A DNA stretch of 39,676 bases from Mesotaenium endlicherianum (taxonomy: Eukaryota), in the NCBI GenBank assembly GCA_009602735.1, contig WELA01002297.1, positions 471,961 through 511,636 of the forward strand, given 5' to 3'. Shown here piece by piece: positions 12,425 through 22,850 of this stretch. Position numbers and translations under genes: made by a program. The notes under the pieces are model-generated. The model saw only the letters and a list, made by a program, of their open reading frames with translations, did no database searches and was not told the origin of the DNA. The first letter of the stretch is position 1. The number at the start of each line of letters is the position of its first letter.

Positions 12425-13715
12425 TCACAAGACAATGCAGTGTATGAACGATAAAAGCTAGCACAGCTCAAAGAGAAAGAGGGCCTGACTTTGTGACCAG
12501 CCTGAAATCTCAATTTTTGATATCGAATGTATCACGAGCACCACAAGGAACAAAAAAACTCTCCTAACATGCACACAACAGTCTATCTACGCACTGGCCG
12601 AGGGTCCCATCTGTGGATACATTTGTCTTCCATGTAGGAATGTACACCTGAGCCACTTACATGCAGCCATGGCTCTGCATGTGCATTTAAGAACAGGGCT
12701 CGATAGAGGTATTGAAGGACAAGGTTGGATGTTTCCGACTCGCAGGCGCAAGCGCTCGGGTTTGACGATTGAACGTAATTCGACGTCAGTGATTATGTCC
12801 AAGAACCAAGATTCGTTCAACCACGTCCAACCTCTGTGCACAGACCAACCAAGCGTGAGCAAAATATGAACTTTGTGTTGAACGTACTTCAAGTGACCAA
12901 AATATCTAGTCACGCACACGCTTTACTTCGCTGAAGCAAATGACAACAAGATACCGTGAATGGCATATATATAACCGCCAACTGGTGGAACATTTTGCGG
13001 GCCACAGCAAGATGTCCTTCAGAGGTATTCACACAATTATATTTCTAAATAGTATACCACTTGAAAATGAGATAACCTTCTGTAATAATTTGGTTACGAA
13101 ACATGGCCTTCCCGGAGTTTCGATCCTTCGTCTGCTCGTTCGGGAAATGTGCATGAGGTTGACAAAAACATTATGTTTGTTTCAGGAGCAATGCAATAGT
13201 ATGACGGAAATTTTACGTAAATGAAGTCTAAAAGGGTGGAATGGCTTCGGGGTTGCGACCCGACCATTATCACGCTCAACAGGGTCGCATGTGTGGGCAC
13301 ATCAGCTTTTCCACTACATCATACTGGGACATTCTGCCAGTGACGACATTCAAAGTTCATTACTAATGACGTCCTATCATCCACCGAGTACCACTGAAGT
13401 CGAAGCTAGCCCACCGTCGATGCCAACATCACCGCCCAAAGATGCCAAACTCAGTAGTGTAATGCACCTTCGCAGGCCACCTTCCCTCCATGAGCCAAAT
13501 TTGCAAATTTGACGCTAATTTTTTAGAATGACTTCCTTCCAATCTCACTTCATTTTGTATCCATAGAGTGCAACATGATGGGCCCTTTTAATGTCAAATC
13601 CGTTTCTCTCCCCATTTTAAAAGTGCACCACCGCTTTCAGTCACCGAGCTACTACAGACACGCCCACATTGTGTCATAATATATAGCACTAACACCAGAC
13701 AGGGAAATCTTTGCT

Positions 13716-14482
13716 ATGGTGGATGAGCACATGTCAGAGGACTCTACTTTCGCAGAATGTTTCTGTTCCATATGTTTAGGTGAGAACGCGCTTGTGTTTT
13801 TCTTGTTGTGCGAGATATTCAGTGCGATGAGCACGAGGTCAGCAATTTAGATTTTAATACTCTGCACAATTTTAAAAGAGGTCCTGGATTGCATCCTCAT
13901 TTTTGTTTGGCAGATGTTATGAACCCACCCGTGGAGGTACAAGATTGCGGCCACAGGTTATGCAAAAGGTGTATTGAGACAGCACTTGAAAAAGGGTAAG
14001 TCTTGGTCTTAATAGTTATTTTCCCTCAATGACTGGTGCTGCAATTTATTAATGGCACTCTAATGTGTAGCTGAATATTATGTGCAGCCCACTGTCATCT
14101 GCAGGATTCTCCACACTTGTGAGCCACATAATGTTCTAACAGCGGCATGTTGCCGTTTTTGCTCGTGCACCGATTTCCTTGCAGTAAGGGCAAGTGTCCC
14201 CTTTGTAGGAAGCCTGCCACCCGACGGGGATGCCGACGGTTGGATGCTCGTTTGTGTGCACTGATGCACAAACTTCGTTCCACTACCAACGGTTGTACAC
14301 TTGTCAACACTTTAAAATCGTTAGAAACAAGTGACTGCGTGGGTGGCGACTATGCCAACGAAGACACATAGTGTGTTACTTTAACGTTGTCCGAATTGAT
14401 GGGACGCCTGCAGACTAGAACAGCGCGGCTGTGCTGCACTGCTGCTATGCTTCTTTCACACACAAATTGCTGGCCAAGTAGA

Positions 14483-14544
<62 letters not shown>

Positions 14545-15507
14545 TGCAAACTGTCAACCATTTGGAGTTCTTTTCACAAATTGAGCAAGATACTGCACTA
14601 CAGCTCATTACACCATTTTCTTACATGTGACAGTCTCCAATGGCAAGCCGCCTCTCGACGAGGTTGTCTACTATCCGATGAGCAGTAGCTTCATCTGCGT
14701 TCCTGCTGTCTTCTTTGGAAAAGCGTGGGCACAGAAAGAGGTGGGCATACATCATGCTGACGTCTTCTTTAATGGCCAGTGCATAGAGGTACAAAAAGGC
14801 ATATTTGCAACTTTCTTCTGTGATGACGACGAATCGTTTTGGGTCTCAGAAAAGAACGTCAAAGATGATCACATTAAGGAGGATGAGGCTGTGTACAGCA
14901 GGGGTAGCACCGCAGCTCTTTCCGAAAAGTGTAGAACCTTTGTGGTCAACAACCCCAGCCTGTCGTCGGAAGCAAACATTGTAAAGACCAGGAAGGCAAA
15001 ATTGCCTCCCTACTTGACTCTGTTCTGGGGGTTGTTTAGGGTTAGTCCCATTTCGCGCGATTGTCAGTCTGATTCTTCATTCCAGCCGGCTCAATTTGGT
15101 AGTGCTACTAGTTGTCATAGTTCAGGGTAGATATGGAGGGGAAGGTCCTTGGAATACAACGATGGCTGTAACCATAGTCCCTTGTACTGTATCGCCCACT
15201 CGTGTACAGATGTCAGTGTGTTAGATAGGTATTCAAGATCATGTCTCTTCCCCTTGGGATCAAGCAGATTTACAAAAGTTAATGATAACCCGCAGCAGAA
15301 GCCTGTTGTTTTTTAGTGGCCTCGTGGAAGTTGTATCACAAGAGCCTAGCACGTATGAAATCACAGCTGCTTGTTCAATTGAATTCCAGCACACCAACAA
15401 GCGTTGAGTATGAGGTCGAGGTCCAGTACTTTCTGACAGGGTACTCTACCTCTGAGTTTTGTGCAGTGAATTCAGCGCATGATCAAGTCTGGCAGCATTT
15501 CAAATAA
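13716..15507 (+). pseudogene. Spliced RING1-like C3HC4 RING E3 ligase gene fused to unknown domain X
   Basis: Exons 13716-13779, 13914-13995, 14185-14477 and 14634-~15228 have phase-compatible GT-AG introns. They give CSICLDVMNPPVEVQDCGHRLCKRCIETALEKGKGKCPLCRKPATRRGCRRLDARLCALMHKL. Premature TAGs at 14369 and 15128. The third intron (donor GTAGAG) and the last exon (~15317-15507) are less certain. Confidence 0.8.
14480..14541 (+). repeat. (GA)n microsatellite, ~30 units, inside a predicted intron
   Basis: Directly visible. Confidence 0.98.
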
Positions 15508-15684
15508 TCGTCACTCAAATGGTCACTAGTAGAAGCAAATCACCCACTAAGAAACGTCACAACATACTCACTGCAAACTACAAAGTGCTATTTTAACTTC
15601 CTCCCCACACACTAGATGCCGTCATCAAAGGAGTCCTATCAAGCACCTGTTCTTATAGATCTTGGGATACTTGTTGCCCCTCTG

Positions 15685-17951
15685 CTAGTGAAGGCCGTCA
15701 ATCCCCACCAGCGTGCTCACATGCTTTCCGTTACACTTGTGCTGATGCTCGCCGTGTGCACTTTTCCCAGAAAGCCACGTGTTGAAGGCTGATGCCAACG
15801 TGTCACAAGTAGGATGACCTGAGTCTTTCTTTACTCTAATCTCCTCCTCCACAAAGTGGCCGAAAGGCAGTGCGCACCTCAGGACACCACAGCTGCCTCT
15901 CACGGGCTTTAGCAGGTTCAGCGAGGCCCACTGTTTGTTTGTGAGGCCACCCTTGACTCGTGGCGAAGCGCAGGGCTCACTGCGTGTGGACAGCGCATCA
16001 ATGGCCGCCTAGCAGAGGGACGCACGACATGTCGCCAGCAACGCGTGTCTCAGGGGCTGTGCCAGGCTTCCAATGCTTGCCCACTCCTTGTCACACCGCG
16101 GCCGATTGAACCACCGCACGAGTTTGCTCTTAGCGCACCTTTGTTCCTCAATCGACCTGTGCACGAGAGAATTGGGTATGGGAGCGACGGGAGGTGCATC
16201 TACCAGCGCCGACACGTGGACCGCCTGATGTTTCCTAAAATCACCACTCTGCATCTGCCAGGCAACCTTCGACCAGGCGGCTACCTCGTGCAACGGCGGG
16301 TCCTTGCTAAAATCGTACTTGTCTTCGTAGGCATGAGATATTCTACTCTTGATCCATGCCGAAAGGCCTTCCAAAATGGCATTATCTAAGTGGTAAAGCT
16401 GACGCTTTGCGTGGGCCATACAATTTGTCCAGCCAATTGGGAATCCTTGTAGGGTCTCTACGTCCTCCACGCCTAGCCCCCGGAGGTGAGAGGTGCGGCC
16501 CACCTTCTCTACCACGACAAGGAGGTTGGAATTCACGCACGTAACTGTGGGACAGAGGCCGTATGCCTTGTTGGGCAATGCCTCATTCAATCCCGATACC
16601 CACACGCCCTCGTACTCTGTCTTCTCCACCAGGCTGTGATAGGCACAGATGCATATTTCTGTCTGATTGCAAAACGCGCGAGGAGTGAATAGCAGGTTGC
16701 GCGAATCTCCCCAGCGCTTTGCAAGAATGACGACCTGCTCCCTAGCTTGGGGCTGTCCAAAGGACAGGCATTGCACGATTCTGTAAGCCCAATGGTAACC
16801 CAAGGCGTTCAGATTGTGAGCGACATGGGATATATAGGGAGTCCCACTTTGTGTTTTTCTCGTGAGCAGCCCCGGGACATTCTCCAAAAACGACGATAGG
16901 CACTCTCTGTTATTCTAAGAGGCGCCACAGGTGTACAATGAGACTAATTCGCTTCAACGACGCAACCTTCCTGCCTGTGTTACCTCTTGTCAACACATCT
17001 TGGCAGGGAAAGCCCGCCAGGACAAGGTCGATGCCTGGGGAAAGACTGCCCAAGCTCACTACATCCGAATGGACTTGAACACCAGGAAAGTGCTCCTTGA
17101 GGAGGGCCTGACAGCGGGGATTACTTTCAACAAAGACACATATTTTGTGCCCTTGGACGTGGAATGGCAACTCAAAATCACCTATACCAGCAAACAGACT
17201 GCACACTTTCAGGGGTACTCTTCTTTGCCGTCTCTCTTCAGGTGAGACCATTTGCCCATCAGAGTGGGGCAGTACACGTATGGCAGACAAGATTATACCA
17301 AGAGCCCAAGCTTAGCTTAGTGCAATGGACTATTGTGCCAATATTTGGTGGGGAGTCATAAACACCACTAGCAATAAAATGGGGATGTAGGATGCTGGGC
17401 AGTTTGCAGCGCCTAATAACCTCTATACTAGCATCACTGTGCAGCCTAGGGTTCTTGAAGACAAAAGCATCTACGTAGTTGTGTAAATCATATGTGCACT
17501 CAAATGTAGCACGCGTTGTAATTGTGGGTACGTGATATCGTGACACACTATCTTTGTCCACCCAATAATAGTCGCCTTCATTTCGATGGCCATGGCGGTG
17601 GAATATGGCTCCAAAGATATGCAGCTTCATCCTAAGCAAAAGCCTTCATAGAAGATAGTGTCAGCCTGCCCGCCATGCTATTGGGTCGCCCACTCCTCTC
17701 CAAAAAAGGGGGCGGGAATGTGAATGTAGGATGCTGCCATCTCGAATGGGGGGGCCTGAAGGGAGTGCAAGACAAACATAACATGAGTAGCTTCAAGGCA
17801 GGTGTCATACGTCCAAGTTGAAGATCCGCTACTTAATCAAACGAATACGTGCCATGTTTGCACCAAGTGCCATGCAAGAACTTTGGCTATTGTCGTCATA
17901 CCATGTATCGTCGCAAAGGCTGTGCCTCACGTGAGCATAGATCATCTTCAT
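15685..17951 (-). pseudogene. C5 DNA cytosine methyltransferase with N-terminal domain X (disrupted)
   Basis: Motif I SLFAGIG, II VE, III SDV, IV AGFPCQD, VI LENVPGLL, VIII QPQAREQV, IX LQGFPIGWT, X LDNAI. The WAYRIV..FG.PQ and GD.R..L segments resemble compact bacterial-like/algal Dcm-type enzymes rather than MET1, CMT or DRM. Lesions: TAA at 16910, an extra T at ~16886-16890, frameshifts near 17630 and 17250, and TAGs at 17829, 17678 and 16009. A phase-0 55-nt intron lies at 17756-17810. The frame continues past 16009 to 15685. Confidence 0.9.
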
Positions 17952-18605
17952 AGTCGGCACAGGTCGGCACTTGCTCTTTGCATGTACAGCGTAAGGGCTC
18001 CCCCCTAATCGTCGAAAGCGTACGACGTTCGACGACAACAAACGGCATTCAACACTTACGGTGAGTTCGTTTTTAACCGCCACCTTAGTAACGACACGCC
18101 ACCCATGACGGATGTCATTGTGGAGGCCCAAATAGTGTCGTGATTCAGTTCAACGACGTGCACTACCATCAAACCAAGAGATCATGCTGGATGTCGGAGT
18201 GAATTGTGAAATTGTGTCATAATCTCAGAAGAATGAAGCCAATCATCCCAAATTTGCGACTGCGGATCGAGAGTGGAAGACATATAGCAACGTGCCAGCC
18301 GCAGACGGCCGAAAAACACAGCAATTGATTTCGAAGTTCCCTCTGAGGTGGATCGGCGAGGAGCGCCGGAGGATTTTGCTTTCCATGGACAGCATAATCC
18401 ATGTGAGGCCTCAAATGGAACAAAATTCATTGGAATGGGCCGATTCAGCTCGAAATGGAGTTCCATTTTGTAAAGTGGTCAAAATAGAAACGATCTAGCC
18501 CATGTCCAATGTCAGGGTGAGGTGAGATTTGGTTTTATATAAGCACTCTATGAAGTAGCTAAATAACCCTGGACAGATGGAGTTGACATGTTTGATACAA
18601 ATCAT

Positions 18606-18825
18606 GGCGTGCAGACACAAAAACACTCCTCTCACCGTCTCCATCATCAAGAGGTAGGCAGACGTCACCCCCACATATACAGGTAAGTGGGCTGTACCCC
18701 ACGAGAGACAGAAGTATTATGAGGGGGTACGAGTCTTGGCGTGCAGACACGAGAAGGGCCCTCCTGTCACCATCTCCACCCGCAAGAGGTGAGCACATGT
18801 CACCCCCGCATACAGTGATAAGCTC
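18606..18825 (+). repeat. Two diverged direct repeats, period ~132 bp
   Basis: GGCGTGCAGACAC...TCACC.TCTCCA...CAAGAGGT..GCA...GTCACCCCC.CATA begins at 18606 and at 18738. Confidence 0.8.
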
Positions 18826-19977
18826 TTTAAATGTGCTGGGGGGCCTTGGTGTTTCTCCTCTAAGGGCTACATTTGCGCAATGCTGTGCAGGGACACGCCC
18901 ACCAACACAGAGTAGTGGGCAGCATGAGAATCGAGATGCCTCAATGAAATGGAGCTACAAGAAAGAGGGCTTCAGGCGCACTATCAACACCGCCTCACAG
19001 CAGGGGAGGCAACATGTCAGGCACAAAGCGAGCAAGGCACGTGAACATGCCCGTGTATGGCCAGCTACTCTTGGCCGTGAAATGTGCATTGCTACAGTTG
19101 TGAAAGATGTTCAGGAGGCTCTCTGAAATTGTGACTTTGTGCTATGCACAGGCCTGATGAAGAGGCATGTAAATGGCTCAATTCAGAATGCAATGGCAAG
19201 TACTACAAGGGCAAAAGAGGTCATTCGGTAGGCCACGCATAGCATGTAAGGGATTGGAGGCTTGCCTGGCAAGACATGTACCATAGGGAGCATGGCACGT
19301 GTAATGGATAGGGCACGTGCAGTGTGGTAGGCAGTGTAAAAGCACTAGCTTGGAGTGTAATTTATTTGAGTGTGAACGGAGGGTGGCATAGGAGCTTTGA
19401 GCTCGAGCGTGTGTTGTAGACCCAGCTGTTAAGTTGGTTGGATGCCGTGTGGCTCCCTGTGCATTGGACACATTTGTCAAGTTCAGATTAAAATTTATTA
19501 TGTTGCAAAAACGCTTCGCGATTGTCGGTCGTATTTTGCCCGCATCTATGCATCATGAAAATGACGCAGCACAATAGAAATTACACAAATGGAAGTGTTA
19601 CACTAATCGATGCTCGATTGAAGCGCTCTAGTGTGGGCCTGAATCTCCCCATTTGTACCTATTACCGCTAGCAACGCGCACCGACAATCTCCGCTCCTCC
19701 GCTAATCACTGCTGAGCTGCGGAGAATCCATCCTTGATTTGAAACGAAGTACATTCTCCAGTAGATAAGCGTAGTAATTACTGCGCCGCTTGACGGAGAG
19801 ACGGATCTACGCTCCGAGCGACGAGGCTGAAAAACGGGGGGGTCCATTAAAGTGTCGATCTCCGGTACCACTTTTGAACACTCCTCCGATTCCTTAAAAG
19901 CGGAGATTAGGTACTTCTCCGCCTAATTCGTTTCGTTTGGATATCAACGATCTCCACTAGATTGGTCTCAGAGTAAA

Positions 19978-22079
19978 AGCTGGCGCTGCAAATAAAGACT
20001 CGCTCGATCGAATAAATCCCTTCTCTAGTAACTATGTCAACAGCTTCTTCAACTCATCCAACTTCGCAAACGATTGTCAATAAGCGGGTCTTACTGGTGC
20101 CTTGCTCCCTGGTTACAACTCACTTTTGTGCTTCACGGCTCTTTGTGGAGGAAATCCTGCAGGTAGGTCCTCAGGAAACACGCATTTCAATTCCTCCAAC
20201 AGCACCTTAATTTGGGCAGGCATCTCAGCAGGCTTCTTCTTCTCTTGAGCAATTGAGCTCTGTTCCTTCTGAGCAAGGGGATCAGACACCACTACTTGCT
20301 CCTCTGGTGACGCGCGCTCTCCCAAAATTTTAGAATTCACGCTTGCTCCATCTGATGACCGAGCCAGGGTCCGCGAAACAAGGTCCATCTCCTTCTCTTG
20401 ATTTGCCTTGCATAGTTTCTTAATTTGTAGGCTCGACAAAAGACAATTACTTGTGGTCGTATCTACCTCCACCTGTTTTGCTATCTCCATTCGACCATCA
20501 CGCCCTTGGACTTTCACTTGTCCTGTGCTCCAATGCACTCAAGGGTTGGTTTTCCTTAGCCATGGCGGCCCGACATCACCTCATGGTGACCTAGCTCTGC
20601 CTGCTTCATAACTTCATCAAATTGGTGCCCCGCTACTTCCATGTGAATAGCTTTCGTAGGTGCACCACACTTGAGTCTCTGTTCATTTGCCAAAATTGCC
20701 TCCTTAGGCTCATTATGCCTCTGCACAAAGATTCGCCACTCTTTCCCCAGCTTCTTGTGCACAAAGTTTGCATTTGCGCCACTGTCAACCATACACTTCG
20801 CCTTGTTGCCGTCTACTACTCCTTACACGATAATAGGCTTGTCAACATCTCGTCTTTCGCTTCTTAGCAAGCTCTTGGGTGTAACCTTCTTGTGAGTTCC
20901 TTTCTTCACGCCAGTAGACACCCCAGAACGACGTACTGGCGTCCTCCTTTTTCCTGCTGTTGAGGTTGCTTCGCCTTCACACGACAGTCTCGAGCAAGAT
21001 GCCCAAGCTGGCCACAATTATTGCAGGGTCCTCTCGGCTTGTAAATTTGCTGCCTGCGCTGGTTATGGACAAGTCCCAACTCCATAGGTACTGTACCTTG
21101 TCCAGTGGTGCCTGGTGCTTGAGAACCAAACAATCAATGTCCTCCAAAGTTGTGGTCGCCCCAATGCCTCTGATTATACTCCACAGCGTCAACTCTTGTT
21201 TCCAATGCCATCATTTCTCCAAGACTGGTAGGGTCTTTGAGCGCCACTTCCTTGGCCACAGTTGGCTTGAGTCCCCTCTTGAACTTGTCCATCATGTCCG
21301 ACTTGTGCATGGATGGACGTTAAAGCACCAGCTCGTTGAAGCGCGATACATACTTCTGAACGCTTCCTCATTGACAAAGGCCCACCAATAGATCTTAAGC
21401 GGTAGCCTCAAGTGCAATAGGTTAAAATTGCTTCTTCAAACCTTCAAAAAACTAATCATTAATTGCAGGAACTCCAGCAGCTGCTCTTCTCGTTCATACC
21501 AAGCTCCGGCACTATCCTGGAGTAAAGTTATGACAAAGGCGACTTGCCTGTTGGGCGTGAGCGCAGAATACTCCATAAACTTCTTCATTCCAAAAATCCA
21601 TTGAGGAACAGGTGGCAATCCACGCTTTGCAGTATACACTTCAGGCTTAGGCGCACGCACTCTTGATGCAGGTGCAATAACTGGTTGCACCACTGGATTA
21701 ACATGAATTGGTGGTACAACAGGTGCAGGTGCCGAACTCGTCGAAGCGGCGTTCCCAACAACAACTTGCACCATTCTCTCCACCTCCGCGCACATATTTT
21801 GTTGAAATAGGGTGTAGGCTTCTCCTCCAATTTCATTTGTCATTTGTCTTAGCATCGCCTGCATCTCTTGTTGCTCTCTCGTCATCGTTGGCGCTGCCTG
21901 CTGCTCCACGCGCTTAACATGCTCGACATGTTCGCCTCCTCCAGTTGCCGACTGCAACTCCATAATATAATATGCAAACTACCCCAGCTCCAATACCAGA
22001 TGAAAGGGGCGGAGTGCCCCAGTGGAAGCGTAGTGAGTCACGAGGAAAAGAATTAGTTACAATCATATTAAAAAGTGCA
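19978..22079 (-). mobile_element. Ty3/gypsy family A, copy 1: 3' end of 5' LTR, PBS, gag, protease, start of RT (truncated)
   Basis: LTR end at 22001-22079. PBS TGGTATTGGAGC at 21987-21998. gag starts at 21963, with zinc knuckle CNNCGQLGHLARDC. Protease MVDSGANANF. RT N-terminus LLEKGFIRSSESLFAAP ends near 19980. Confidence 0.9.
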
Positions 22080-22813
22080 TGTAAGGTCATAGCTTTATAA
22101 AGTGCATTTTTTGAGTTTCGTGAAAGAATATTTTGATTCTATAGTAGTGTAGAGTGCATTTTTATGGTTATTGTGATATAAAGTGGAGCGAATTTGGTCA
22201 GGTGTTCAAAGAGTTATGAATTTCCAAAGTTTATTTAGTCTTGAGGTCGGTTGACGACTGTCCTTAATTCACAATGAGCGCAACGGTCGGATTGATCGAC
22301 AGCGTTGAGTGGTCAGGGCCGTTAGAGTGAATTTGAACCTTCACGTAACTTTGGCTGACGTGGCGTGCTGACTAGGTCAAGTTACCAAGAAGTTTCAGAT
22401 TAGCCTAGCGCGTCTAAGTTAGTATATTCTAGATTTCGATGCATGCATGTGGACGTCAAATCGGCCCGACACGTCAAATGAGACGGATCTGGTCTACTCT
22501 GGAATATTTTGGGAGGGACAATTTGCCGTTACTAAGCGGCCATCCTGCCTTGAAAGGAGGACTTAGGTCAAAAAACTATAAATAGGCGTAACTTCTTTGT
22601 TTCTAATCAATTTTCACTTCTATAAATCTCTACGAGTTTGTGATGACAAGACCTTTCATTCTAGTTCATTTGTGAGCAGTTTCCTGCTACACAGAATGTG
22701 AAGTAATTTTCCTAAGCTTTGTTAGTGATGTGCTGCTGCACTCTTTAGTATGATTGCAATTGGTTCTTTTCCTCGTGAGTCACTAAGCTTCCATTAGGGC
22801 ACTGCTCCTTTCA
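22080..22813 (+). repeat. 5' LTR of family A (734 bp)
   Basis: TGTAAGGTCA...CCTTTCA. The start is repeated at 25571. TATAAATA lies at ~22578-22585. Confidence 0.9.
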
Positions 22814-22815
22814 TC

Positions 22816-22827
22816 AGGTATCGGAGC
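22816..22827 (+). promoter_or_regulatory. Primer-binding site (initiator tRNA-Met type)
   Basis: AGGTATCGGAGC, 2 nt after the LTR end. The canonical plant form is TGGTATCAGAGC. Confidence 0.8.
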
Positions 22828-22850
22828 TGGGCTAGTTTGCATATTATATT

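Larger units (their letters stand above)
1..19633. mobile_element. Putative large cargo-carrying CMC/Plavaka-like DNA transposon (decayed; left end outside the window)
   Basis: Contains a CMC-type transposase and at least six further genes in strand alternation, all disabled by the same type of in-frame TAG/TGA stops. Internal homologies link parts of the block (3740-4197 with 10932-11410; 14670-15020 with 17390-17745). A candidate right end, ...CTAGTG (reverse complement CACTAG), lies at 19628-19633. That the block is one element is inferred; no TIR pair or TSD is visible. Confidence 0.55.

Noticed and set aside
16009..17290. Bacterial restriction-modification system or contaminant contig
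   Set aside because: No endonuclease partner is seen. The gene has a spliceosomal intron, shares a domain with a spliced RING gene, and is embedded among eukaryotic LTR elements.
18606..18825. CRISPR-like repeat-spacer array (also considered at 38633-38694)
   Set aside because: Only two units in each case, no series of unique spacers and no cas genes.
1..19633. Endogenous giant virus, Polinton or Helitron as the carrier
   Set aside because: No capsid, packaging ATPase, PolB, primase-helicase or Rep/helicase motifs were recognised. The only mobility gene seen is the DDE transposase. Not fully excluded, because the left part is outside the window.
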